DNA of 64,000 nucleotides from Spirochaetaceae bacterium (GCA_002729885.1 PBUB01000021.1:36451-100450), one strand, 5' to 3'. Positions 10,404-19,645 are shown, numbered from the stretch's first letter. Translations and numbers: made by a program. Notes: a model not told the origin generated them from the sequence alone.

Positions 10404-10539
10404 CCTTACTACTCCTGACTGGTCTTTTACCGACCAAATCCTTGCTCAGCCGGGATAGGACTGAGTGCAGGAATAGTACCAACCATCCTGGTGGACAGAG
10501 GCAGAATAATGCCTCCGCAGACTTTTGTCGGCTCCAATT

Positions 10540-10565
10540 TGTCAGTCTTCACTGTCAGACTGACA
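10540..10565. promoter_or_regulatory. palindromic hairpin/operator candidate in the lon-htrA divergent intergenic region
   Basis: TGTCAGTCT-tcactgtc-AGACTGACA, a 9-bp perfect inverted repeat inside the 296-bp gap between divergent lon and the HtrA-like gene. Confidence 0.25.
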
Positions 10566-10699
10566 GGAACTGGAGTCCAAATTCCAGCCCGGCAAAGCTT
10601 AATTCCGGCCGCAAAATCGGCACTACCCTTGCCCTGACCCTCGTCTAAACCGATACTTAATAAGACCTGCCAACGCCACTTCGAAGATCGAGAAATGTT

Positions 10700-11785
10700 A
10701 TGATACGAATACCCTCCTCCAGATGGAAAATCTCTTCCCTTGTTTTGATGTCTATTCTGGGTTTCGGAACCCTCTTTGCTCCGGGGAATACAGCTACAGC
10801 TCGCAATGGCTTTTCCCCCATGAATGATCCTGCCCTGCGGGAATCCTATAAGAGCGCCAGAGATCTTCAGCGAATTTTCCGAGCAGTGTACGACTATGCC
10901 AGACCCGGCGTGGTACAGATCACCACAGAGAGCCTTCAGGATCGCCCGGCTCCCAGCGGTAGCGGACCAGCCACTCCTCAATCCCAGGGTAGTGGATTCA
11001 TAATTGATTCCAATGGATGGATCGTTACCAACAGGCATGTAATCGGCGATGCGAAAGAGGTCACGGTAAAGCTCCATGATGGCAGGACATTCACAGCGAA
11101 AGTCAGGGGTTCCGATCCTCTAACCGACATCGCATTGATTCGTCTTCAGGGGGCCGGTTCACTGGATCCCCTGAAACTGGGAGATTCGGACAAGGTCAAG
11201 GTAGGGGATTGGGCTATCGCACTGGGTAATCCTTTTGGCCTGGATGGCTCATTTACCGTGGGTGTGATTTCTGCAGTGGGACGGGTAGGACTGGATGCCA
11301 GTGGATTGAACTTCATTCAGACGGATGCTTCCATCAATCAGGGAAACTCCGGAGGTCCGCTACTGAACCTGGACGGTGAGGTGATTGGCATCAATCGCAT
11401 GATTCTTTCTCCCAGCGGAGGCTCCATCGGCATTGGTTTTGCCATTCCTACAAATGAAGTCCGATATGTAATAGAAGAGATTCGCAGAAATGGAGAGGTG
11501 GACCGCGGACTTCTGGGGGTAGCAGTAGATGTGCTTCCTGCGAAACTGCGAAAATTCACCAATGGCCGGGGAGTTCTGGTGACCGGGGTCAAATCCGGCA
11601 CCGGTGCCGATCTGGCCGGCATCAAGAAAGGCGATGTCATATTGAAGGTAGATGGAAAAACGGTGCTTTATCCCGGAGAGCTGGTGGGATTGATTTCCAG
11701 GCGAAAGCCGGGAGATAAAGTGGAAGTAGAAATCATCCGGGATTTCAAAACCATGACACTGACCGTCACACTGGGCCGTAGATAG
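10700..11785 (+). CDS. htrA: HtrA/DegP-family periplasmic serine protease (trypsin-like domain plus one PDZ)
   Basis: Signal sequence. TNRHVI (His), DIALIRL (Asp) and GNSGGPLLNLDGEVIGIN (Ser). C-terminal PDZ GVLVTGVKSGTGADLAGIKKGDVILKVDG. Confidence 0.9.
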   Translation: MIRIPSSRWKISSLVLMSILGFGTLFAPGNTATARNGFSPMNDPALRESYKSARDLQRIFRAVYDYARPGVVQITTESLQDRPAPSGSGPATPQSQGSGFIIDSNGWIVTNRHVIGDAKEVTVKLHDGRTFTAKVRGSDPLTDIALIRLQGAGSLDPLKLGDSDKVKVGDWAIALGNPFGLDGSFTVGVISAVGRVGLDASGLNFIQTDASINQGNSGGPLLNLDGEVIGINRMILSPSGGSIGIGFAIPTNEVRYVIEEIRRNGEVDRGLLGVAVDVLPAKLRKFTNGRGVLVTGVKSGTGADLAGIKKGDVILKVDGKTVLYPGELVGLISRRKPGDKVEVEIIRDFKTMTLTVTLGRR

Positions 11786-11867
11786 AGGGTTTTTTCATGG
11801 AGTAGCCAATTTCTGTCGTCCACTGAGGTGTTCAGCAGGGCACGTTCCCTTCTGAGGGCACCCCAGT

Positions 11868-12392
11868 ATGCGAGCTCCGGCTAATTCTATCCTATTGGTG
11901 GCATCTGGCATCCTTCTGATGCTACTGCAGCCCTCATCCCTGTTATCTGAAGAGGGACCGGCCGCAATATCGGTCAGCTATTCAGAATCAGTGGAAATGA
12001 CGGGACATCGTTCCCTTGATCGAGTAGAACCGTCCGGCAAGTTCGCCATCAACACGCCGGGATCAGACCTACTTCGTCAGCAAAAATCCCGGGACATTAG
12101 CCAGAACCATGAATGGGATATTGCCAGCCGTGCTCACGGGCACCACCCGCTGAGCCCCCGGGGCCAGCTCGCTGCCCTGTCCACAGATCAGATCATGGGG
12201 AATGAATCCGCCAGAACTGATGCTGAGGAACCTGGATCGATACCAGGAATTTCCCTTACAACTCGACCGCTCAAGCTGCTTCATTATCTGGAGGCGGCCG
12301 TCACCAATCCCTCCCTGCTCTGGGCCCTGGGTGTGTTACTCATGGTTTCAGCATTTACACTCTTCTATTTCCGGGGTGACCGTCGCTGTTAA
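11868..12392 (+). CDS. hypothetical secreted protein with C-terminal hydrophobic anchor (174 aa)
   Basis: N-terminal signal MRAPANSILLVASGILLMLLQP. C-terminal NPSLLWALGVLLMVSAFTLFYFRGDRRC. Confidence 0.5.
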   Translation: MRAPANSILLVASGILLMLLQPSSLLSEEGPAAISVSYSESVEMTGHRSLDRVEPSGKFAINTPGSDLLRQQKSRDISQNHEWDIASRAHGHHPLSPRGQLAALSTDQIMGNESARTDAEEPGSIPGISLTTRPLKLLHYLEAAVTNPSLLWALGVLLMVSAFTLFYFRGDRRC

Positions 12393-12630
12393 TTGAATGT
12401 GAGAACGAAAATGAGCCTCCTTGTATGAGCGAGAATGCGACATAATTGGGCAATTTCCCTGTAACTCCTGCCAGCTGTACCGTGGTGGAGGATGCATGAA
12501 TTGTGTAATTATTGGGCGTTTTCCTTACAGATTTTGTCTGTTTTGTCCGTCTTTTCTTTAATAGAGAGCTCGGAATCGGATCCAGAAAGGCCCGATTAAA
12601 AATAGAGCAAACCGAGCGGGAGGATCTCAA

Positions 12631-14049
12631 ATGAGAATAAACAATCAAGTGCTGGCTCTGGCCATTCTGGCAGCCGGTTCTTTTATACTCACGGATTGCA
12701 AGAAAGACAAGGATGCGATTCCTTTCTTCTTACTGGGGAATGATGCACAATCCACTCCGGGAACTACTACTACTGGAGAAACTTCTTCGGGAACAACGGT
12801 TACCACTACAAACGGTGACGTTACTGGCGAAGAAGATTTCGAATTCCAGAACTCTGAAACCATCGATGTAAACATCACTGTAGTGGATGACGATGGCGAA
12901 GTGAACGGTGCTATTGTAACAATCAAAGATGGCGACACAGGTGAAGTGCTGTATCAGGGCGTGACCGGCGAAGACGGCGTAGCCAGCGGCACTATCGAAG
13001 TGACTCCAGACAATGAAACCCTGAACCTGGTTATCGTAGTGGGCGATGAAGTTATCGAAGACACTATCGATACTGACAACGTTCAGGAAATCAATCGTGA
13101 GGTTGCTATTGACGGATCTGCCGATACCGACACTGGCGTTGCGGACGCAGACGGTGACGGAATCTCAGACGAAAATGATGCATACCCGAACGATCCGGAT
13201 CGAGCAACTGTAGTTAAACTTCCATCCGCAGACGGTCTGGTTGTAGCCTATGAAGACCTGTACCCCAGCGCGGGTGATGCAGACTTCAACGACTATGTAG
13301 TTAAAGTCTATCATGAAGTGGATCTGAATGCTTCTGGAAAGGTAGTTCGACTGCGCGGAGTTTATCAGCACCTGGCAAGAGGAGCAGGATACAAGCACAC
13401 ATTGCACCTCAACCTGCCTGGCAGCGGAAATATCAACCATAAGCTATACGACTACCAGGGACGTGTTGAAGAGGAAGTGGACGAATATAGAGCCAGTCTT
13501 CAGGACATTGAAGTAATGCCTGAAAGCAACCGAACTCTGGGTCATAAAAACACTGCCAAAGGACAATCCTACAAAGAAGGAAAATATTCCGAACTGGAAA
13601 TCGTATTCAGCGAGCCCATGGCTCGAAGCAATCTGGGACGAGCTCCTTTTGATCTCTATATCAAGGTGATCAATACTGGCCATGAAGTCCACTTCGCTGG
13701 AAAGTATTTCGAAGCGGATGGTTCCGACCGATATCTGGACGACAATGGATTCCCCTGGGCACTTTCCATTCCAAAACAATGGAACTGGCCATATGAGAAA
13801 TCCAGCATCTCCGAAGCTTATCCAGATTTCGATACCTGGTATCTATCTCTGGGACAGGAAAAGGCGGACTGGTATAATCGAGCAAACGATACTCATACCT
13901 TCCCCTATGTAACAGAGGGAGCCCTGGCCGCTTATATTCGAGCCGGATTCCAGAACGGTTCCATCCTCTGGACCCTCCTGGCTCTGGGAATTGCAGGACT
14001 GGCAGCCCTTTTCTTCTACCGAGAAAAGAGCCACCGGGCAAGCAACTGA
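12631..14049 (+). CDS. LruC-domain (DUF4842) lipoprotein with acidic Ca-binding-like repeats and a C-terminal TM tail
   Basis: Lipobox AAGSFILTDC. Asp/Thr-rich Ig-like segment. DADGDGISDENDAYPNDPD is a thrombospondin-type-3-like motif. VAYEDLYPSAGDADFNDYVV...YQHLARGAGYKHTLHLNLPG is characteristic of the LruC domain. Tail GSILWTLLALGIAGLAALFFYREK. Confidence 0.75.
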   Translation: MRINNQVLALAILAAGSFILTDCKKDKDAIPFFLLGNDAQSTPGTTTTGETSSGTTVTTTNGDVTGEEDFEFQNSETIDVNITVVDDDGEVNGAIVTIKDGDTGEVLYQGVTGEDGVASGTIEVTPDNETLNLVIVVGDEVIEDTIDTDNVQEINREVAIDGSADTDTGVADADGDGISDENDAYPNDPDRATVVKLPSADGLVVAYEDLYPSAGDADFNDYVVKVYHEVDLNASGKVVRLRGVYQHLARGAGYKHTLHLNLPGSGNINHKLYDYQGRVEEEVDEYRASLQDIEVMPESNRTLGHKNTAKGQSYKEGKYSELEIVFSEPMARSNLGRAPFDLYIKVINTGHEVHFAGKYFEADGSDRYLDDNGFPWALSIPKQWNWPYEKSSISEAYPDFDTWYLSLGQEKADWYNRANDTHTFPYVTEGALAAYIRAGFQNGSILWTLLALGIAGLAALFFYREKSHRASN

Positions 14050-14073
14050 TAGATAATCAGCTGTTCTGCAAGG

Positions 14074-14103
14074 AAGCCCCGCAGCAATGCGGGGCTTTTT
14101 TAT
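14074..14103 (+). terminator. rho-independent terminator
   Basis: GCCCCGCA-GCAA-TGCGGGGC perfect 8-bp stem followed by TTTTTTATTT, 25 nt after the stop at 14049. Confidence 0.8.
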
Positions 14104-14118
14104 TTCTTTATTCCAGAA

Positions 14119-15864
14119 ATGGTTCTTCGAGGATTGTCGCAACTTATGAGCGGCATTCTTAAATCCAGCATAGACACCAGTTCCAGCGATTTTGAGGTCA
14201 AGGCAAAGGCCCTGCGCGAGAAGACCGAAGAGATTCGAGCCATCTGGCAACGAATAGCGGGCGGGGGCGGCGAAAAAAATCGGAATCTACATGAAGAAAG
14301 AGGCAAGCTATTCGTCAGAGATCGGATCAAGCTTCTACTGGATTCAGGATCGCCTTTTCTGGAGGTAGGAGCCTTCGCTGCCACCAGCGTCTATGACTTT
14401 GAGGCGCCATCAGCTGGGATTGTTTGTGGCATTGGCCTGGTTCAGAACTGCCCTGTAATGATCGTGGCCAACGATGCCACGGTAAAGGGAGGCACTTACG
14501 TTCCTCTCACCGTCAAGAAGCATCTCAGAGCTCAAGACATTGCTCTTGAAAACCGTCTTCCCTGTATCTATCTGGTAGATTCCGGAGGAGCCTTCCTGCC
14601 CATGCAGGATGAGGTTTTTCCAGACCGAGATCATTTTGGGCGAATTTTCTACAACCAGGCCAGACTTTCCGCTGCCGGTATCCCGCAGATCGCATGCGTT
14701 ATGGGATCATGCACGGCCGGCGGAGCCTATATTCCGGCCATGTCCGAAGAGACCGTTATCGTTAGAGGCCATGGCACTATTTTTCTGGGCGGCCCTCCAC
14801 TGGTAAAAGCGGCTACCGGCGAGGAAGTGACCCCTGAAGAACTGGGCGGCGCCGATGTTCATACTCGCGAAAGCGGTGTCGCGGACTATGCCGCGGTAAA
14901 CGATGAAGAAGCTCTTAGCATCGTTCGGAGAATCGTGGCCAACCTGGGTCCGGAATACTCAGTAGATCCTGAAAGCGGAGCAAGTTTCCAAGCAGCCGCA
15001 GTAGCCAACCAACCCCGTAACAGCTCGGCAACCGATCAGGCCCGCGGTAAATCACAGGGTGCCGGCGCGAAAACAACTACCTCCGGTTCTGTGGCAGAAC
15101 CATTGTATCCCGGCAAAGAGCTTTATGGAATTATACCGGAGTCCAGCAGCAAGACATTCGATATTCGAGAGATCATAGCCCGTATCGTGGATGGGTCCGA
15201 GTTTCATGAATTCAAGCCTGATTATGGAACCACGATTGTAACTGGCTTCGCTCGTATCTACGGTATGCAGGCAGGCATTATAGCCAACAATGGAGTGCTG
15301 TTTAGTGAATCTGCACTGAAAACTACACACTTCATAGAGCTATGCACTCAGAGGCAAATTCCCTTGCTATTCTTACAAAACATCACCGGCTTTATGGTGG
15401 GTAAGAAGTATGAAAGCACCGGCATCGCACGCGATGGGGCGAAGATGGTGCATGCAGTGTCTAACGCAAATGTTCCCAAGATCAGCCTGGTGATTGGCGG
15501 ATCCTACGGTGCAGGTAACTATGGAATGTGCGGTCGAGCCTTTGGACCTCGGTTTCTATGGATGTGGCCCAACGCTCGCATATCGGTAATGGGCCCGGAA
15601 CAGGCTGCAAATGTACTGGCCACCGTAAAAAGGGATCAACTGGCCCGGGACGGAAAGGAGTGGCCTGCAGAAGAAGAGCAGAAATTCAAAGAGCCCATAC
15701 TGCGAGAATACAATCAAAGATCTTCCAGCGTTTACTCCAGTGCAAGGCTCTGGGATGACGGTATCATAGATCCTGCAGATACTCGCAGAGTGCTTGGTAT
15801 GACGCTTGCAATCTGCAATCGCACAGGAAACCAGGAAACGAACTACGGAGTATTCAGGATGTAA
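14119..15864 (+). CDS. acyl-CoA carboxylase carboxyltransferase (beta) subunit, methylcrotonyl-/propionyl-CoA type
   Basis: [53 protein letters not shown] and [23 protein letters not shown]...[10 protein letters not shown] are typical of the family. An alternative start is the ATG at 14146. Confidence 0.9.
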   Translation: MVLRGLSQLMSGILKSSIDTSSSDFEVKAKALREKTEEIRAIWQRIAGGGGEKNRNLHEERGKLFVRDRIKLLLDSGSPFLEVGAFAATSVYDFEAPSAGIVCGIGLVQNCPVMIVANDATVKGGTYVPLTVKKHLRAQDIALENRLPCIYLVDSGGAFLPMQDEVFPDRDHFGRIFYNQARLSAAGIPQIACVMGSCTAGGAYIPAMSEETVIVRGHGTIFLGGPPLVKAATGEEVTPEELGGADVHTRESGVADYAAVNDEEALSIVRRIVANLGPEYSVDPESGASFQAAAVANQPRNSSATDQARGKSQGAGAKTTTSGSVAEPLYPGKELYGIIPESSSKTFDIREIIARIVDGSEFHEFKPDYGTTIVTGFARIYGMQAGIIANNGVLFSESALKTTHFIELCTQRQIPLLFLQNITGFMVGKKYESTGIARDGAKMVHAVSNANVPKISLVIGGSYGAGNYGMCGRAFGPRFLWMWPNARISVMGPEQAANVLATVKRDQLARDGKEWPAEEEQKFKEPILREYNQRSSSVYSSARLWDDGIIDPADTRRVLGMTLAICNRTGNQETNYGVFRM

Positions 15865-15937
15865 ATTAGTGCGAACGGACCCATTCACTCTCTTTCAATC
15901 AAGTTCTGCAGGCGTTTACTCTCGATCGAGTGGGATT

Positions 15938-16576
15938 CTAGAATCCAGCCACCTCCAGCGTCCAGGCATGCCGTTTCTTTCCCAGTACGGTGTATTCCTG
16001 TTTGCGAAGTCTGCCTCGTTCGTTCTGCCCGGAAAATACTCTACATGCTCCGTCGCCATCTGATTCCCAGCGATCCAGATCCCAGGATTGCAGCTCCCTG
16101 ATAAGAGAGATGGCAGAGCCATTAGAAAGTACAACGTTGATATCATGCTCTGCGAGAACAAATGGCCGGGGTATTTGCGCAGTCAGCTGCTCTGGATTCA
16201 TAGTCTTGAGTCTGGATACTCGAATCAGAGTCGCACAACCGAAATCTGCGATAGAAGTTTCTGGAATCCTCAAATAGTCGTTGTGAACCCATCCTGACTG
16301 AACTCCCTTTTCGCTTGAGAAAGCTACCAGAGTCCAGTTTCCATCATTGGCCTCCCAGTGACGTGCGGCGGGCAGGGTCTCATAGAGCATGCCATGCACA
16401 TCTCGCACATAAGCGCCGTCTGGTACCAATGTGACCACAGGAAAATCAGTGCCGGGGCCTTCCCTCATGCGAAGGCCACCTTCCGCCTGCACCAGATATT
16501 CCCACCAGGGACCGCCACCGCTGGCCCACAAAGAGGAGCTGGCCAGCAAGAGCATCAATGCAAGATACTTTCCCAT
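15938..16576 (-). CDS. secreted SH3b-domain protein
   Basis: Signal MGKYLALMLLLASSSLWASG. GGLRMREGPGTDFPVVTLVPDGAYV resembles a bacterial SH3 domain. Confidence 0.55.
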   Translation of the reverse strand: MGKYLALMLLLASSSLWASGGGPWWEYLVQAEGGLRMREGPGTDFPVVTLVPDGAYVRDVHGMLYETLPAARHWEANDGNWTLVAFSSEKGVQSGWVHNDYLRIPETSIADFGCATLIRVSRLKTMNPEQLTAQIPRPFVLAEHDINVVLSNGSAISLIRELQSWDLDRWESDGDGACRVFSGQNERGRLRKQEYTVLGKKRHAWTLEVAGF

Positions 16577-16722
16577 AGCTAATCAGATCCGGTGAATAAC
16601 GGTACTCAAGCAGAAAACATCTCGAACACTTCTGGCCAATGACGGATACCTGATAATTCTCAGACTGATTATTGCGAATCCCGGGTTCTGGCTATATGGG
16701 TTCCATCGCGGCTTTCTGTCTC

Positions 16723-17502
16723 TTATTGCTGGCTCCGGGCCCAGCGAGCGTCTTCGCAGGCTCTTTGAAGTCCCTGGCTGCAGGCCCTGGAATAATGTCT
16801 GGCAGCCAGATCAAACCTCTTGATCCTAACGTAATGGTTGGCCAGATTTTGATGAGTAGCATAGTCATCAGGATCAATGCTCAAACTTCTACGGAACAAC
16901 TCCTCAGCCTTCTCGAACTCACCCATTCCTGAATAAATTGCCGCAAGGTTCGACAGACCCATTACGTTTCGGGGATACAGTTTGAGAAATTCTTCAAATC
17001 TTCGCACTGCTTCCCTGTCATTTCCCAACTGATGCTCAACCAGTCCCAGGTTTAGAAGAGCTGGCCCATCCGAAGGTCTATTCTTCAGAATTTCCAGGTG
17101 GATTCTCTTCGCTTCGTTAAATCGACCTGCCTTCTGGAAAAACAATCCTTTGTTCGTAAGTGCAGCGATGGAATCAGGATTCAATTCTTTGAGAATGTAA
17201 TCTGTATGCGCCAGCGCTTCATCCAGACGATCCAGGGATGCAAGGGCCATGCCCATGGAAAGATGAACATTTACGGAACGGGGAGCTTTGCAGAGTGCTT
17301 TCTTATAATTTTCCAGGGCTCCATACATATTCCGACGATCATATTCAATGTCCCCGCTATTGAGATAGCTGTCCGCAGAGCCGGAAAGTCCAGCGCATTC
17401 ATCTGAGCCAACCTGAACTCGACCGCTGGCACAACTGAAAGTCACAGCAATCAGCAGAACTGCCAGTCCAACATTTCTTATTAACTTAATTTTCTCAATC
17501 AT
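16723..17502 (-). CDS. TPR-repeat lipoprotein
   Basis: Lipobox LLIAVTFSCASG. Repeated 34-aa TPR-like units (YGALENYKKAL, FNEAKRIHLEIL, DREAVRRFEEFL, FEKAEELFRRSL). Confidence 0.75.
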   Translation of the reverse strand: MIEKIKLIRNVGLAVLLIAVTFSCASGRVQVGSDECAGLSGSADSYLNSGDIEYDRRNMYGALENYKKALCKAPRSVNVHLSMGMALASLDRLDEALAHTDYILKELNPDSIAALTNKGLFFQKAGRFNEAKRIHLEILKNRPSDGPALLNLGLVEHQLGNDREAVRRFEEFLKLYPRNVMGLSNLAAIYSGMGEFEKAEELFRRSLSIDPDDYATHQNLANHYVRIKRFDLAARHYSRACSQGLQRACEDARWARSQQ

Positions 17503-17630
17503 ATAGATAATGAATCAGTCTCCTGCAGGGATGCAATGGTTTTTGGTATTCGTAACCGGTTTCGCGGTAGATCCTCCTTCGAAATCAGCAAAAACTCTTG
17601 ATAGCAGGCCTGGACTTCTAAGATGGTACC

Positions 17631-18395
17631 ATGCATTTACGAATTCTCTGCCTTACTCTATTGATCTTTTTCGGCCATTGCCAGACTTCCTCGCCCGATA
17701 ATACCCAGGCGAGTCCGGAATCAGGACCGGTGGAACTGAAGAAACTGGTTCAACTGGATGTTCCCGTGGTGACGCAGCATAGAGAGTCTCTTTCGGGATC
17801 TGCATCCGTTGAGATGATTTTCAAATACTGGGGAGAGAATCGATACTCTCAGCTGGACATTGCTCGCTCTCTGGTCTGGAAGTTCAGGGATAATCGTAGG
17901 TTTTACAAAAGTCATACCCTGTTTCAGATCCGGTCCGGAAAATCTGCGGATGAAATGGACTGGAGCAGCTATCCGGGCAGTGGAACTGGATACTTGCGAG
18001 AGTTTCTGGAACCCATCGCACGGACGGAAAATCCAAGAACAAAGGATCTTCCTGCACGGCCTCGGGATTTAGAAAAACTGGAGGAAGAACGTTTCAACAG
18101 CATAAAGGAGTCCCTCAGTAGTGGAGTTCCGGTAATTGTTCTTCAATGGGTGGATGGCAGTCGCAAGGAGCAGCGATTTCGCGTGGTCACCGGCTATGAT
18201 CTAAGCAAAGGAATGGTTTACTTGAATGATCCGGCTTCCGGCTCCGTGAAAATGAAGGTTTCCCAATTCTTGTATCTCTGGAAAATAGATGAGACGTGGC
18301 TCCCATACAATGCGATCATCTTTAATGCGCCAGGTGCAGACCAGATAAAGAAGGGAGACCTGAAAGTTTCCCTGGACGGCCCGGATGCAGGCTGA
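17631..18395 (+). CDS. C39-like (Peptidase_C39_2-type) domain lipoprotein, apparently catalytically inactive paralog
   Basis: Lipobox LLIFFGHC. Clear paralogy to 23735-24586 (VPVVTQ...VEMIFKYWGE.RY.Q.DIAR, YPGSGTG, RVVTGYD, NDPA.G, WLPYN). It has LSGS where the paralog has LCGP, and RFR where the paralog has MHY. Confidence 0.65.
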   Translation: MHLRILCLTLLIFFGHCQTSSPDNTQASPESGPVELKKLVQLDVPVVTQHRESLSGSASVEMIFKYWGENRYSQLDIARSLVWKFRDNRRFYKSHTLFQIRSGKSADEMDWSSYPGSGTGYLREFLEPIARTENPRTKDLPARPRDLEKLEEERFNSIKESLSSGVPVIVLQWVDGSRKEQRFRVVTGYDLSKGMVYLNDPASGSVKMKVSQFLYLWKIDETWLPYNAIIFNAPGADQIKKGDLKVSLDGPDAG

Positions 18396-18475
18396 GGCTG
18401 CCCATATTCGAGGGATGGGTAATCGGGGGCCCGCGATTCAAAGATTGCGTAGCTCTGGCATGAATCTCTCTCCCC

Positions 18476-18691
18476 TCACTCCAGGGATAGCGCTCCAGAC
18501 GGACATTTCATTACCTGATCTCGAATCGCCTGTTCTTCCGCCCCTTCTGTATTGATCCACGGCCGGGCTTTTGGATTAAATACACGGGGCAATCCTTTCA
18601 CACAGACTGCGGAGTGCTGGCATAGATGGGGCTGCCAGACCACGGTGGTGTCACCCTTCTTATAACGGAGTGTCTTTTCCTTTTCGCTCAT
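18476..18691 (-). CDS. small divergent 4Fe-4S mono-cluster protein (Fer4_19/DUF1271-like, 71 aa)
   Basis: MSEKEKTLRYKKGDTTVVWQPHLCQHSAVCVKGLPRVF...RPWIN...QVMKCPSGALSL. The start is taken at the internal ATG at 18691 rather than the ORF-track start at 18853. Confidence 0.65.
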   Translation of the reverse strand: MSEKEKTLRYKKGDTTVVWQPHLCQHSAVCVKGLPRVFNPKARPWINTEGAEEQAIRDQVMKCPSGALSLE

Positions 18692-19119
18692 AGGTCCGTA
18701 GTTTAGCAACTGCATAAATGAATGCAATCCTTTGCGGTTTCCTTTCGGAAATTCGCACAAGCCTGTAACAGTTGAAATCGGCTTCCAAAGCGAAGATTTT
18801 CCATCAAATACAAATCCGAGGCAAATCCTCAGTTCTTGACAGATTTCAATCACTGGAACCCAATCGATTAATGAAGGAATTCAATGGATGTTTTCGCTAC
18901 CGGGCTCAGGTACTCCGTTTCAGCCTGCTGCTTTTCGTTTTTTCCAACATGGCCTACTGTCGAACGCCGCACCCCACTATTCACGAATCCAGTCTGGCCC
19001 GTAGATAGGACTGGATTCGAAAAGCACAGGATGTAAACCTGGAGAGTCTGCTTACCAGCATTGATAATCTTCGACAGGTTGCAGAGACAGGGGTCTCACC
19101 CTTTACGATTGCAAATGGC

Positions 19120-19572
19120 GTGGTGGAACTGATAATGCGCCAGCAAAATCGCAGTGTTTCAGAAATCATGCACATTGCAGCTCTGGACGGAGCTCTCTCC
19201 GGGCAATTGATTCAGTATATTGGAATGCACGAATCTCTCTTAATTTCCACCGATGAAAACGTAACAGCATTCAGGGGCGACATTGACCCCTTCCTCATAG
19301 AGGGTTCTAAAGTGTATATGACTTACGTTCATTTCGTAAGTAACGAAGAGTACTACGTAGAAGTTCGATCCTTCCGTGAGATCGGGACCTCCTGGAGCAT
19401 GTGGTCCGTTCCAGCGGTTCGCCTGGATGCAGCTGGTGAGAAAGTGTTCTATCTCTCCGGAAAGCCGTATCATCATCGCTACAATGCGATCATCGGTGAT
19501 GTGAAAGATTACATAGTGGAGCATTATCATGAGATTCCCTGGGAGCCCCTGCCGGAAAAGACCGGGCGATAA
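19120..19572 (+). CDS. hypothetical protein. The frame is open upstream to an in-frame TAG at 19006-19008 and continues into a lipoprotein-like leader (see findings)
   Basis: ORF with a GTG start at 19120 (ATG at 19135). Same frame as ORF 18772-19008. No domain recognised. Confidence 0.45.
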   Translation: MVELIMRQQNRSVSEIMHIAALDGALSGQLIQYIGMHESLLISTDENVTAFRGDIDPFLIEGSKVYMTYVHFVSNEEYYVEVRSFREIGTSWSMWSVPAVRLDAAGEKVFYLSGKPYHHRYNAIIGDVKDYIVEHYHEIPWEPLPEKTGR

Positions 19573-19645
19573 TACTACTGCGGATATCAATGTCCATTCT
19601 GCACAATGATGGCAGCTTTATGTTCTGCGAGGATATAGACGATTC

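Noticed and set aside
10427-11077. 216-aa minus-strand ORF spanning the lon-htrA intergenic region
   Set aside because: It overlaps the well-supported HtrA-like gene in antisense, and its product has no features. The intergenic part is better explained as a regulatory region.
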